From a virus (lineage: Duplodnaviria; Caudoviricetes): a stretch of DNA of 64,000 bases. The stretch lies in the IMG/VR virus record IMGVR_UViG_3300042363_001420; one strand, written 5' to 3'. Both the position numbers and the translations under genes were made by a program. The first letter of the stretch is position 1, and the number at the start of each line of letters is the position of its first letter. The notes below the pieces were generated by a model. It was not told where the DNA came from and ran no database searches. It saw only the letters and a program-made list of their open reading frames with translations. This document shows, one piece after another, positions 49,101 to 57,900 of the stretch.

Positions 49101-49424
49101 GTTTCCTGCTACACTCAATCCGCCTGATCCGATATACGCCGATCTGTATGTTGAATTAGCTGCGCCTAAGTCATAAGTGTTGGTTAAAGAAGGAACAACA
49201 CGGCTGTTGGTCTGTATTGCACCAACGCCATTGGGCATCAATATTAAATTACCGTTGGTATTTGTGACGCCAACAGTGTTGTTTATAACAGTTATATTGC
49301 TGCCAACTGGACCGGCAGCCCAGATCTGATCAAAGTTGTTGTCGGTTTTGATAAAAGCAGTGCGTAAGGGATCTCCTGTGCCGTCGTTAGCGGCTGCACC
49401 GTAATTGATTATTTCCTGGGCCAT
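46140..49424 (-). CDS. Long tail fibre with YadA-head-like repeats
   Basis: NDGTGDPLRTAF N-terminus; about 11 AVAIGxxAG repeats of about 14 aa (46965-47405); C-terminal KVATDTWFVNG. Confidence 0.8.
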   Translation of the reverse strand: MAQEIINYGAAANDGTGDPLRTAFIKTDNNFDQIWAAGPVGSNITVINNTVGVTNTNGNLILMPNGVGAIQTNSRVVPSLTNTYDLGAANSTYRSAYIGSGGLSVAGNVSISGNLSAANVSFSGPVVFPNNVTIEGNLTVNGDTVTVNVSNLAIEDKTIVIANGSPNAASADNSGIIVDGANARITYVSGTNSWVFNKSVVAQNNFTVGNTINNRWNFGLQTNGGFLSFPSGASWRSDIETFDEYITSAVDGYLNFTSIDSTNNLATELNLQHGEVIIRIHNGSIVEWVFFDDGTTFFPGNLIPDTDVSYSLGNVTNQWSDLYVSNATIYMNNVPLTLTAGNVLTVAGQPVLSSNSNTSITTTGTITAGNVITSSIRSEDSTEVTVEDGLTVTGDIESHGNITANYFVGNGSQLTGIVSSYGNANVANYLPTFSGNISAGNVSATGNVSGAYVKGNGSELTNLPAPTVTQDISSTGAMSIMLYDGTIKYNNYATVEPSSGNIAAGNISTTGNIAANNFIGLLGNITNLDSLNFTVENISALVGNNGVNIGAGGNNNLVVLPNEVLIQNVPLTVAGNILSTVAGGLNVTANTVANGVAQIWNFGTDGRLTFPGTPRIDTDSNNFEVQAAENISLEANTVVNIYTDSSGNAYQWQFGDDGVLTLPNGAEIRDTAGDAVAIGQQAGETSQGNYAVAMGFQAAISSQGIGAVAIGREAGNAQGAYAVAIGQEAGFAGQSSGAIAIGLEAGNNDQGGDSVAIGYRAGGENQDIYAVAIGYQAGNNTQGGSAVAIGEMAGTDTQGVSAVAVGDGAGRITQGEYAVALGRAAGDTNQGNNSIIINATGGILDQTTANTFTVAPIRNDVANVAEILFYNTTSKEITYGNTISVAGNITGDNLIATGNVTANVVASTNNDGTGQNIKVGDDTWLGDINLSNTLSIRGQQDAANAYIVFGNASNVALGRAGSGPLTYGGDFSVSGNITGNTAGFAIGYRDIPQVGFTGNATIATTDAGKHFYSTESTNYVLTIANNASQGFQVGAAITVVNQGTGTITIAQGSGVTLYLAGNATSGNRTLSTFGMATIMKVATDTWFVNGTGVS

Positions 49425-49480
49425 GAACCTGTGTCCTTATTTTCGTGTATTTACCGAAAACTTGCACAGGACCGATTCTG

Positions 49481-49804
49481 CTAATAAGGGTTAAAGCTAG
49501 ATCCACATCCACAGGTGGTTTGAGCATTGGGATTATCTATAACAAAGCTGCTGCCCATTGCTGATTCTTCGTAACGTATATTGGCTCCGCGCAGATATTC
49601 CATGCTCATTGAGTCCACTAGCACTCGAACTTCGTCATAGGAAAAGTCAAAATCGTCTTCGTTCTGATCTTCGTCAAAAGTAAAACCGTAGCTCATGCCG
49701 CTACAACCTCCGCCTTGTATGAACACACGCAGTTTGAGATCAGGATTGTTTTCTTCGGCAATAAGATCTCGTAGTTTTTCCACAGCTGATAAATCTAAAT
49801 TCAT
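49481..49804 (-). CDS. erpA: Fe-S cluster carrier, ErpA/IscA family; start revised to MNLDL
   Basis: [31 protein letters not shown]. Confidence 0.92.
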   Translation of the reverse strand: MNLDLSAVEKLRDLIAEENNPDLKLRVFIQGGGCSGMSYGFTFDEDQNEDDFDFSYDEVRVLVDSMSMEYLRGANIRYEESAMGSSFVIDNPNAQTTCGCGSSFNPY

Positions 49805-49907
49805 TAAATTCTCCAAGTAACTGCTATTTTAATATTTATTTTTTAATAAATCAATCTCCTGGGCACAAGGTTAAATAACTATTATATACATATAAAATGG
49901 TACCACA

Positions 49908-51146
49908 ATGATAAATCTTTGCTTTGATAATTTACTGTCAGATCGTCCCGACTATCCCTGGCCCAACTTGGTCAATACTCTGGGCAACATTGCAGACGCT
50001 GATCTTTACGAGCATAGAGGATCTTTTAGTAATCTGCATCCAAGGATAGATTTCCCCAGAATTGTCGATTATCTCAGAGATGAAGGTGTTGATCATCAGC
50101 TATTTAAGACTGATTCTGCCCCGCCCAACAGTCTTTATCTAGCAAATGTCTGTTGGTTTGATCATAGTGTAGATTATTTTTCATTGATGCAACCAGAGTC
50201 TCTTGAAAGATTGCAAAAAAGAGAAATAAAATTTGTTTTTATCTACTGTGAATCTGACAGTGCATTAGCTATACAAAAAACAATTTTTAAATTGTGCGGT
50301 CAACATAATGTTAATCCGGTTGATGTGCATGTAATATTGGGAAATGCAAAATCCAACCTTGTGGCTAATTTCCATTATTTTAACGATGCTGAAATACTGT
50401 TTAAACGCAGTCAACAACATAATTTTGATCAGATGTTACAGTGGCACAATCGTCCTAGATCTAAAAAAATGACCATGCTGTCAAGATTGCATAAAAGCTG
50501 GCGTGCTTATTTTTCCAGTTGGTATTGGTATCATAATTTTCATCATGACAGTTACTTCAGTTACAGAATGGTTGATCAAGGAGATGGCATGGATCCCGAA
50601 TCCTGTCCATTAAATTCCACTATTAAACAAAATTCCAAGTATCAAACTGTATTAGATGATTTTTTGAATCTGGCACCTTTTTCGGCCGACACGTTAACCG
50701 ATCAAGATCATAACCAATTTGGCACTAGAGTAGATGCCCATTATCAAGACAGCTATTGGAATTGCATACTAGAAACACACCTGGCTTTGCATCAAAACAT
50801 GCCCGGTACTTTAATAACCGAAAAAACCTGGAAGGTAATTGCACATGCTCAACCGTTTGTAATACTAGGCAATCCTGGCAGTTTAGATCATCTCAAGGAT
50901 CAAGGTTATAGAACGTTTGCAGAGATCGGCATTGATGAAACTTATGATTGTATACTAGATCCAACCGAAAGATTCAAAGCAGTTTTTGAACTAGTTAAAA
51001 ACATACACTCAATGAGTTGGGATCAATTAGCAGAGTTGAACTTACTCTCAAAGGAAATTGTTGAACACAATCAACAACTGTATTGGGCTGATAAAAAAGA
51101 TAGATTAGAATCGGTATTTCTGCAGATACAAAATATTGACTTATAA
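49908..51146 (+). CDS. GT10-like glycosyltransferase-fold protein, paralog 3
   Basis: NCILET...ITEKTWKVI...QPFVILG...GYRTF...IDETYD. Confidence 0.55.
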   Translation: MINLCFDNLLSDRPDYPWPNLVNTLGNIADADLYEHRGSFSNLHPRIDFPRIVDYLRDEGVDHQLFKTDSAPPNSLYLANVCWFDHSVDYFSLMQPESLERLQKREIKFVFIYCESDSALAIQKTIFKLCGQHNVNPVDVHVILGNAKSNLVANFHYFNDAEILFKRSQQHNFDQMLQWHNRPRSKKMTMLSRLHKSWRAYFSSWYWYHNFHHDSYFSYRMVDQGDGMDPESCPLNSTIKQNSKYQTVLDDFLNLAPFSADTLTDQDHNQFGTRVDAHYQDSYWNCILETHLALHQNMPGTLITEKTWKVIAHAQPFVILGNPGSLDHLKDQGYRTFAEIGIDETYDCILDPTERFKAVFELVKNIHSMSWDQLAELNLLSKEIVEHNQQLYWADKKDRLESVFLQIQNIDL

Positions 51147-51683
51147 ACGTTCGTTGCAAACATCCCAGTTAATAATGCGCCAGATATTATCTAGATATTT
51201 TTCCTTATCTGCTTGATAATCCAAGGCCCACGCATGTTCCCACCAGTCTACTAACACGCAGATATCGGTGCGTACCTGATGGTTGGGTATAGTCTTGATC
51301 TCGCCATTGGTACTGAGATATACCCAACCAGATCCTTGTATTTTCATAGCTGCTTCTTTGAATGCTGCCTTGAAGTCATCAAAATCCTGGAACTTTTCTT
51401 CAATTAAGACCAGCACAGCACCTTTGGGTAGATTTCTACCTTGCGGTGCACGTAATTGCGGAAAAAATTTATTGTGTAAAAAACTACCGGCGCGATTAAA
51501 ATCTGCATTGCCTTCACTGGCGTTGTATCTTTTTGCATAGCCCTTGGCCAAATGTTCGTAGTGATAATTTATGGTTTCTTTTGACATGACAGGTTTTAGA
51601 TCACGCTCGCTGTAAGGCAAAGGTGTAGTTTCCAGCTTGGCTGGACGGGTTGTGGCTTCAACTAAATCAATGTGTTCTCTCAT
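51141..51683 (-). CDS. Fe/Mn superoxide dismutase; start revised to MREHID
   Basis: LPYS, HYEH, FLHNKFF, GSGW, DWWEHAW. Confidence 0.9.
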   Translation of the reverse strand: MREHIDLVEATTRPAKLETTPLPYSERDLKPVMSKETINYHYEHLAKGYAKRYNASEGNADFNRAGSFLHNKFFPQLRAPQGRNLPKGAVLVLIEEKFQDFDDFKAAFKEAAMKIQGSGWVYLSTNGEIKTIPNHQVRTDICVLVDWWEHAWALDYQADKEKYLDNIWRIINWDVCNERL

Positions 51684-51687
51684 AATA

Positions 51688-52686
51688 CTATTTAACGAAG
51701 TTTGGCAAAATCCCGATTGGGCAGGTAGCACTAGCCGGACCGTGAGAATTATCGTATAAACACAGACGCTGGTCTTGGGTATAATACCAGACTTGACTTT
51801 TACGAACCATAGGCAACAAAAATTCCAATCGCATGGGTTGTGTTATTTGTCGAATTTCTAATCTGAGTTTATGGTCATCAGCATAGTAGGCAAATTTCTG
51901 AAGAATATGCATAAAACTAAAATCCGGAACTTCTAAGGCAGTGAATTCTACTTTCCAGAGATTTGTATCGTATTCGATTAAATGCTGATTCTGTTCGTCG
52001 CAGCTGACAGTGATACAAATTTGACCAGTTTCTTCGTCTTTAAACTCTTTCCAAAACTCAAAAGCATCATCACCTTCCTTTTCTAAGGCATCTTTTGCTC
52101 CGCCGATCGCTAGGTCATATTTGGAATTTATTAACGAACTGTTGATTACCCGAGGTACGGTATCTGTATCAACAAATCCGATTCTGTACTGTACATCGTC
52201 TAATTTACAAAGTTCTTCGAAATGTTCTGTGGATTCAATTTTTATCGCTGATTCAAATGGCATTGCATGTCCCTGTGGGATTTGCCACACAATGGGAATA
52301 TCTGTTATGTCATTGCCAGTTAAAACTGACGCTATAAAACGAGAGGCTCCACACGACAGCACCGGCATTGCCTGATCAAAAGATGCAAACAAGGGCAGAG
52401 AAAATGGTTTAGTTTGACGTTCTTCAATTAAATTACGCAACAATCCTACGGCTTCTGAGTCTCGATTTTTTAAATATCCAGTCAGACGTGCTGTAACAAC
52501 ATTGCGATAGAAATTTAAAGCTGTTTCTGAGTCGATCGTATTATAAAAATATAAGTCTTGTGTTCTTTGCACATGTTCGACCCAGCCAGTATTGTAATCA
52601 ATAGTAATTAACTCACGACCCGCTTTAATACCTGCATCAGGGCGATCAAATTTTTTATGGTAATAAATTGTAGGTGCTTTGTTCAT
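51688..52686 (-). CDS. Hypothetical protein
   Basis: 332-aa ORF. Confidence 0.75.
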   Translation of the reverse strand: MNKAPTIYYHKKFDRPDAGIKAGRELITIDYNTGWVEHVQRTQDLYFYNTIDSETALNFYRNVVTARLTGYLKNRDSEAVGLLRNLIEERQTKPFSLPLFASFDQAMPVLSCGASRFIASVLTGNDITDIPIVWQIPQGHAMPFESAIKIESTEHFEELCKLDDVQYRIGFVDTDTVPRVINSSLINSKYDLAIGGAKDALEKEGDDAFEFWKEFKDEETGQICITVSCDEQNQHLIEYDTNLWKVEFTALEVPDFSFMHILQKFAYYADDHKLRLEIRQITQPMRLEFLLPMVRKSQVWYYTQDQRLCLYDNSHGPASATCPIGILPNFVK

Positions 52687-52904
52687 TATAGTCTCCGGAC
52701 TATGCGTCCACGTGTAAGATCGTACAAGCTGAATTCGATTTCAACTCGATCACCGGTTAAAATTTTTATTTTATTCTGGCGTATTTTTCCCGATACAACA
52801 CCGATAACCGGATTGGGATTGTTGTCAACTTGTACCCTAAACATAGCATTAGGTAATATGTCTACTACAACTCCTTCTAGTTTTAATGCTTCCTCTTTGG
52901 CCAA
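52686..52904 (-). CDS. infA: Translation initiation factor IF-1
   Basis: MAKEEALKLEGVV...LPNAMFRV...SGKIR...ILTGDRV...YDLTRGRI. Confidence 0.95.
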   Translation of the reverse strand: MAKEEALKLEGVVVDILPNAMFRVQVDNNPNPVIGVVSGKIRQNKIKILTGDRVEIEFSLYDLTRGRIVRRL

Positions 52905-52922
52905 AATTACCAGTTACCTTTG

Positions 52923-53288
52923 TTAAATTTTAAAATCAAGACACCGAACTCGATCCCATCGAAAACTGCGCCACGCACCAGCAGTGATATCCCACACAGC
53001 ACAAGCATCGTCGTTTTTCTTGCGAGGTTTAGCGTCTACGATTTCGGCGGATTCCGAAATCGTTTTATTAGCATATTTAGCGCCGTGTTGTTCACTCAAA
53101 GTACAGGTCATGACGCGAGTCTCACCGTTGACTTTTTCAAACTCAACTGTAACAATACTATTCTGTAATAGACCTCGTACCCAAGTTCTAAAAGCTGATC
53201 GCTCATTGTCGCTAGCTTCAAAATAATAGGTTTTGTATTCGCCTGAATTGGCTAAACGATGCCACACTTGTTCTTTTTCAAATTCCAT
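52923..53288 (-). CDS. WYL_2 / SH3-barrel phage protein
   Basis: FEKVNGETRVMTCTL...VWDI...WRSFR. Confidence 0.75.
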   Translation of the reverse strand: MEFEKEQVWHRLANSGEYKTYYFEASDNERSAFRTWVRGLLQNSIVTVEFEKVNGETRVMTCTLSEQHGAKYANKTISESAEIVDAKPRKKNDDACAVWDITAGAWRSFRWDRVRCLDFKI

Positions 53289-53665
53289 TAGTTTCTCCGC
53301 ATAGTTGAAATTTCTACTGCTTCCTCGTCTGAGAACACAGGCACGGCATTGGATTTATGCATGGTACCAATACCTTTAACTTTGGTGCCGGTGTAGACTT
53401 TGTCGGGTGCTCGTGCTGCTACCCCAATGCCAGTATTAAGACTAGGAATGTGATCTGTTGAGCGTGGAATTGATAATTTAGGCATCTTACTGTTAGTAAA
53501 GTTCTTGTTAAAGACTTTTTTGGTAGGTTGATGCTGTGCCTTTAGCTGCTCCCATTCAGCAGACAGTTGTTCATGCTGACGTTTAGCATCAGCACTGGCA
53601 AATTTAGATTTTGCTTTGCGGCGGCCTGTAGTTGATAGCCAAGGACCTTCAAGATGCATGCTCAT
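53288..53665 (-). CDS. Hypothetical phage protein
   Basis: YTGTKVKGIGTMHKSNAVPVF. Confidence 0.75.
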   Translation of the reverse strand: MSMHLEGPWLSTTGRRKAKSKFASADAKRQHEQLSAEWEQLKAQHQPTKKVFNKNFTNSKMPKLSIPRSTDHIPSLNTGIGVAARAPDKVYTGTKVKGIGTMHKSNAVPVFSDEEAVEISTMRRN

Positions 53666-53694
53666 ATTGACTCCAAAAATATCAGTATAAAAGT

Positions 53695-53723
53695 ATTATA
53701 CAATATACACAATTTCTGGTCAA
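53695..53723 (-). promoter_or_regulatory. Sigma70-type promoter
   Basis: TTGACC-17-TATAAT. Confidence 0.75.
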
Positions 53724-54046
53724 CCGCGATCGAGCCACTGTATTTTGTTGGGTTTTCCGTCCCATTCTTTGGCATCAGATAGTGGATCTTTGGTACGTGT
53801 GATAGCTGGCCAATTCTGAGCTAGTTCAGCATTGATTGCTAAAAATTGCTGTTGATCTTTGGGTAAATCTGTGTCAGCAAAAATAGCACCCGCCGGGCAC
53901 TCGGGTACACAGACCGCACAATCAATACATTCGCTAGGATCAATTACTAGAAAGTTAGGACCTTCTTTAAAGCAATCTACTGGACATACATCTATGCAGT
54001 CAGTATACTTGCACTTGATACAATTTTCGGTTACAACATAAGTCAT
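53720..54046 (-). CDS. fdxA: 7Fe ferredoxin (FdxA type)
   Basis: [18 protein letters not shown]...[12 protein letters not shown]. Confidence 0.93.
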   Translation of the reverse strand: MTYVVTENCIKCKYTDCIDVCPVDCFKEGPNFLVIDPSECIDCAVCVPECPAGAIFADTDLPKDQQQFLAINAELAQNWPAITRTKDPLSDAKEWDGKPNKIQWLDRG

Positions 54047-54807
54047 GATTTAGGTATTTCACAAACAGGAATAGGTTTCATTTTATGAAGATTTCTTTTT
54101 CGTATACTAAGGAAACGATTTAGTTTTTCTTGATCCTCGAGACTATCGGCAAACAATACACCTTCGTGTTGTAGCATGGCACGTTCCAGTTCAGGATATG
54201 TCATACCCAACTGTTGTTCGTCAGTGCGACCATCTGCCCAAAGTCCGTCAGTTGGCGCAGCAGTGATAATGTTTTCTGGCACACCTAGAACCCGGCCCAT
54301 GGCCCAGACTTCGGTTTTCATACAGTCGCCAATGGGGCTGATGTCTACTCCGCCATCGCCATACTTGGTAAAGAACCCTACTCCAAAATCTTCAACGCGA
54401 TTACCGGTGCCTACTACAATTCCACCGTGTGATTGAGCAATTTGATACAGGCACATCATTCGCAAACGACTGCGACTGTTGGCACTGGCTAACTCGTTGT
54501 CAAATTCTGCAGTGGCCTCTTCGAACTGACGAAACGTGGGCGTGAGATCAACAGTATAAACAGAGACATTGTCGTAGTTGCTGATTAACCATTCACAATG
54601 CTGTTGACTCAAGTCATGTGTAGCTTGACTCTGTTTGATAGGCATGCTGACTGCCACAGTTGGCAAGCCAGTTTGAGCACATAGAGTAGAAACTACAGCT
54701 GAATCAATGCCGCCGGACACACCCACAACTAGTGTCTTGATTTTATGTTCGCAAACATAACCTTTGATCCAACGAACGATATGTTGTGCTTGTTGCTTAG
54801 GTGTCAT
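54043..54807 (-). CDS. nadE: NH3-dependent NAD+ synthetase; start revised to MTPKQ
   Basis: [36 protein letters not shown]. Confidence 0.95.
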   Translation of the reverse strand: MTPKQQAQHIVRWIKGYVCEHKIKTLVVGVSGGIDSAVVSTLCAQTGLPTVAVSMPIKQSQATHDLSQQHCEWLISNYDNVSVYTVDLTPTFRQFEEATAEFDNELASANSRSRLRMMCLYQIAQSHGGIVVGTGNRVEDFGVGFFTKYGDGGVDISPIGDCMKTEVWAMGRVLGVPENIITAAPTDGLWADGRTDEQQLGMTYPELERAMLQHEGVLFADSLEDQEKLNRFLSIRKRNLHKMKPIPVCEIPKS

Positions 54808-55157
54808 CGTTGTAAGGTTTCCCACATGCGTTGTTTTTGTAGAATTTCTGACTCCAACGAACGATACTGCTCACCTAGCTCTCGCAGTTGACCCCATTTG
54901 GCTTCTAACTCAGGGTCAACAGTCAAGATGTTCAATCGTTCCTGAATACCTTGCAAGGTAGCAGACAAGCTGACGCCGTTAATCACAACATCGGCATCTT
55001 TTCCGCATATTTCTACGATCCCTGATTTTTCAACTGTCAAATTCGGACTAGTTAAATTAGCACTAGTAATGCTATAGTAACCATTATTAATGCTGGAGGC
55101 CGACACACCGTCGTCAATAACTGGACCAATCATAGTGTTGAACAAATCATTACTCAT
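54804..55157 (-). CDS. Hypothetical protein; start revised to MSNDL
   Basis: Coupled ORF. Confidence 0.65.
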   Translation of the reverse strand: MSNDLFNTMIGPVIDDGVSASSINNGYYSITSANLTSPNLTVEKSGIVEICGKDADVVINGVSLSATLQGIQERLNILTVDPELEAKWGQLRELGEQYRSLESEILQKQRMWETLQR

Positions 55158-55332
55158 GTTTGGGTGCACCTTTTTTGAGAGTAAAGGTACCGTCCTTGTT
55201 GTCGACCCATTCAATTGTGTCGCCTTCCTTCCAGCCTAGGTGTTCGCACAGTTCGTCGCCCAGGTCCAAAATTATTTCGCCTGGGTGTTCGGGGTCCTCT
55301 ACTAGGGTACGAACAAAACTGTAGCGTGTCAT
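55150..55332 (-). CDS. AbrB/MazE-like DNA-binding protein
   Basis: IILDLGDELCEHLGWKEGDTIEW. Confidence 0.7.
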   Translation of the reverse strand: MTRYSFVRTLVEDPEHPGEIILDLGDELCEHLGWKEGDTIEWVDNKDGTFTLKKGAPKHE

Positions 55333-55333
55333 A

Positions 55334-55525
55334 TTACTTGACAGCAGAGAGAGCTTCTTTTTCTGCCGTGATTTCTTTTCTGCGTTCTTTGATGGCCTTG
55401 CTCATTTCCTGCAAGGCTTTACGTGCCCGAGCAGCAGATGCCTTGACACCTTTGGCAGTGAACTTTTCGTTTTCTGCAATGTAGGTTTCAAAAGCGGTTT
55501 TAATTGCGTCGTGATTTGCTGACAT
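55334..55525 (-). CDS. Histone H1-like (Hc1 family) protein
   Basis: KGVKASAARARKALQEM...ERRKEI. Confidence 0.75.
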   Translation of the reverse strand: MSANHDAIKTAFETYIAENEKFTAKGVKASAARARKALQEMSKAIKERRKEITAEKEALSAVK

Positions 55526-55762
55526 TTAGTTCTCCTTGATTATCAGTATTTCAACATGATCAGCCACAGCCTTTTCTAACTGCGCTGAATATGTATAGGG
55601 ATTATAATCAACAACTCGGTAAGATTGCTCACCTAGCCATTGAGTAATTTTAAGATCCTCGGCTAGCTCAGAGTCAGAACAGTCAACACCAGCTAGATTT
55701 TTTATTTCTTGCAACGTGTATTCGAACATACTATACTCCGAATTAACAAAATTGATCTTCAT
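55526..55762 (-). CDS. Hypothetical protein; start revised to MKINF
   Basis: ATG 6 nt after the promoter TTGACA(55792-97)-17-TATACT(55769-74). Confidence 0.55.
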   Translation of the reverse strand: MKINFVNSEYSMFEYTLQEIKNLAGVDCSDSELAEDLKITQWLGEQSYRVVDYNPYTYSAQLEKAVADHVEILIIKEN

Positions 55763-55799
55763 ATGTTTAGTATACATGTTGTCAATGGTGTTGTCAAGC

Positions 55800-56042
55800 T
55801 TAGTCTTGTCCAATATGTCGACGATTCCAACAGTCCCATATGGTTACATTACCCCAGTCATGTGTCCAATTCATTTGAAATAAGGTAAGTCCGCGTTGTT
55901 CAAACAGTTTCATTCGATTGTTTTCAATTGTAACTTGAACATTTTGTTTGCGAGCCCAATCTTTCAGCAATTGCTCTGCATTTTTATCGCGAACAATTAC
56001 CAGGTACATGGCTTCATTTGATCTAAAATTCTTGACCGACAT
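55800..56042 (-). CDS. Hypothetical protein
   Basis: Coupled ORF. Confidence 0.7.
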   Translation of the reverse strand: MSVKNFRSNEAMYLVIVRDKNAEQLLKDWARKQNVQVTIENNRMKLFEQRGLTLFQMNWTHDWGNVTIWDCWNRRHIGQD

Positions 56043-56317
56043 CAGTGTAGTGTTGCATTCGGGGGAGCTGATACATGGCGTAATTTTTGACTGGGCTTTT
56101 TCTTCTTGACCAACTGTTCAAATTCTTCGCCCAACTCATACAGTTCATTATCATGCTGTGCTGCTGTTTCGTCATTGACTCCAATTAAACGCATAATTGC
56201 GCCCACTGGCACTGCTCGGTAACCCCGACTGTACATGATTTCACAGATATCAACAATGAGGTCTTGAAGGGTTTGTTCTAAGTGTTTGTCGGTCGGCATC
56301 AATATAATTATGACCAA
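56042..56317 (-). CDS. Hypothetical protein (true start probably MPTDK)
   Basis: Coupled ORF. Confidence 0.65.
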   Translation of the reverse strand: MVIIILMPTDKHLEQTLQDLIVDICEIMYSRGYRAVPVGAIMRLIGVNDETAAQHDNELYELGEEFEQLVKKKKPSQKLRHVSAPPNATLH

Positions 56318-56331
56318 ACAACAAAAACAAA

Positions 56332-56360
56332 AATAAAAGCGGCTTAAAGCCGCTTTTATT
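56332..56360 (-). terminator. Intrinsic terminator
   Basis: AATAAAAGCGGC/GCCGCTTTTATT perfect inverted repeat. Confidence 0.85.
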
Positions 56361-56376
56361 ATGCTGTAGTCTGCGA

Positions 56377-56718
56377 TTAGACCGGAGTAGAGTCTTTTTC
56401 TGTAGCACGGGCAGACTTGAGTACTGCTGTAGGCTTGACAGCCACACGCACTTCGGCAGCCTTGGCTACCTTGGTCTTTTCAGCCAATTTTGCAGACACA
56501 GCAAAACCAGCATCACCGTTAGTGATACCAACTGACTGCAGATGTTGCAGTGCTTCCAACTTGGTCATCGGACGGGGAAGCTCAACCAGGTTGATGTCGG
56601 TGCAACCAGACTTGTTAAGGATTTTAATGCGAGCAACTAGGTCGTTAGCAAAGCGAGCTTTAGTAACACCGTTTTGTGTTGCAGTACCTGCTACAGTAAA
56701 GAGTTTTTCGTTTGACAT
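56377..56718 (-). CDS. Basic hypothetical protein, monocistronic early gene
   Basis: KARFAND...LVELPRPMTKLEA; K/A-rich tail; own promoter and terminator. Confidence 0.8.
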   Translation of the reverse strand: MSNEKLFTVAGTATQNGVTKARFANDLVARIKILNKSGCTDINLVELPRPMTKLEALQHLQSVGITNGDAGFAVSAKLAEKTKVAKAAEVRVAVKPTAVLKSARATEKDSTPV

Positions 56719-56802
56719 AATATGTTGCCTTTTAAGAGAAGTTTACAAAGAGAAATTTAAAAAGTTTTTACATCTACTACATGCTTTTTACAGCATACTT
56801 CT

Positions 56803-56831
56803 ATTATAGCGAATCGGCTGTTTTGTGTCAA
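56803..56831 (-). promoter_or_regulatory. Consensus sigma70 early promoter
   Basis: TTGACA-17-TATAAT. Confidence 0.9.
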
Positions 56832-56891
56832 CCTATTCTCTACTTTTGGGCTGCTGTATTTGCCCAAAATACTGTTGTTTTTTGGCAACAC

Positions 56892-57113
56892 TTACATGCG
56901 TCCCAAAACATACCAAATCAGTTGGTCAACCTGATGCTCGTACGGTTGACCGGTACAACGAGCTTGATGAATCTGTTCTAACAACATGCGAGCTTCGTCG
57001 CCGTCAACACCCTGAGTGTTATAATCGTGACCGCGACGTTCCAATTCTTCAATTAGATCATCGGTGTCGATACCATCTAAGTCTACATCTACATCTACAG
57101 TAACGTATGGCAT
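56892..57113 (-). CDS. Hypothetical protein
   Basis: GAGG SD; DTDDLIEELERRG. Confidence 0.75.
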   Translation of the reverse strand: MPYVTVDVDVDLDGIDTDDLIEELERRGHDYNTQGVDGDEARMLLEQIHQARCTGQPYEHQVDQLIWYVLGRM

Positions 57114-57130
57114 AATTTTTCCTCTTGAAT

Positions 57131-57559
57131 TTACCAGGATGAGTTATAAAAAACCTTGAGTCCCAAAAACAGTTCGGCTCTAGCAGCTTGGATAAACGCC
57201 AGGTCATTTTCTAAATAATATTCGTCGCTGGAATCACCATAAAAAAAACCTGAGGTTTTAGGCAATTGACCGTGACGTACAGCACGTTCCAAATTGTCGA
57301 GATCCTCCCAAGTCAGTTCTAACTCAACACAATTGAACATATTGTTTGGGTCGTCTGGATCTTCCCGACCAGGACAACCTTTGTCGATCCAAAGTTGTTC
57401 CATCCATCCCTGTAGATTTGGATGCTTACGCCAGTAGGCCAACTCACGCGGTGCCGGTAGCGGACTTGTAAACTCGTTGTTGACAAGCTCGCCGGCATCC
57501 CAGTAACGGTCTCTATCACCGGCTTGAGCTGCTACATAAGCGTATTGATCTAATCCCAT
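57131..57559 (-). CDS. Hypothetical phage protein
   Basis: MGLDQY...YWRKHPNLQGW...GFFYG...YNSSW; AGGAG SD. Confidence 0.8.
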   Translation of the reverse strand: MGLDQYAYVAAQAGDRDRYWDAGELVNNEFTSPLPAPRELAYWRKHPNLQGWMEQLWIDKGCPGREDPDDPNNMFNCVELELTWEDLDNLERAVRHGQLPKTSGFFYGDSSDEYYLENDLAFIQAARAELFLGLKVFYNSSW

Positions 57560-57570
57560 TATTGTTCTCC

Positions 57571-57900
57571 TTAAACAATCTTCACTTGGTTGCTATCAAC
57601 TCGATCGCTGTAATATCGGTGTCCGCGTTCGCGGATTATATCAGCTGCCGACTGCGGATGGCTCTCAAACATGTCACGAATGTCGTCGGCAGTGATACCG
57701 TCGGTAGCATTCACAAGATAAATCTCGTAGTGCCTTTGTGGGTTATAACGGGCACGAAGTTCCAGGTGCATCAAATTCACAAAAGTCTTTTCGGATTTTT
57801 TACCTTGCAAGGCGCTCCACATTCGATCTTGAGCGTAATCAGTCCAGTCACCTACAAACTCGAGACCTGTGTTGTCCCACATCACAACAAACTGATGCAT
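57571..57900 (-). CDS. Hypothetical protein
   Basis: LRARYNPQRHYEIY. Confidence 0.75.
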   Translation of the reverse strand: MHQFVVMWDNTGLEFVGDWTDYAQDRMWSALQGKKSEKTFVNLMHLELRARYNPQRHYEIYLVNATDGITADDIRDMFESHPQSAADIIRERGHRYYSDRVDSNQVKIV

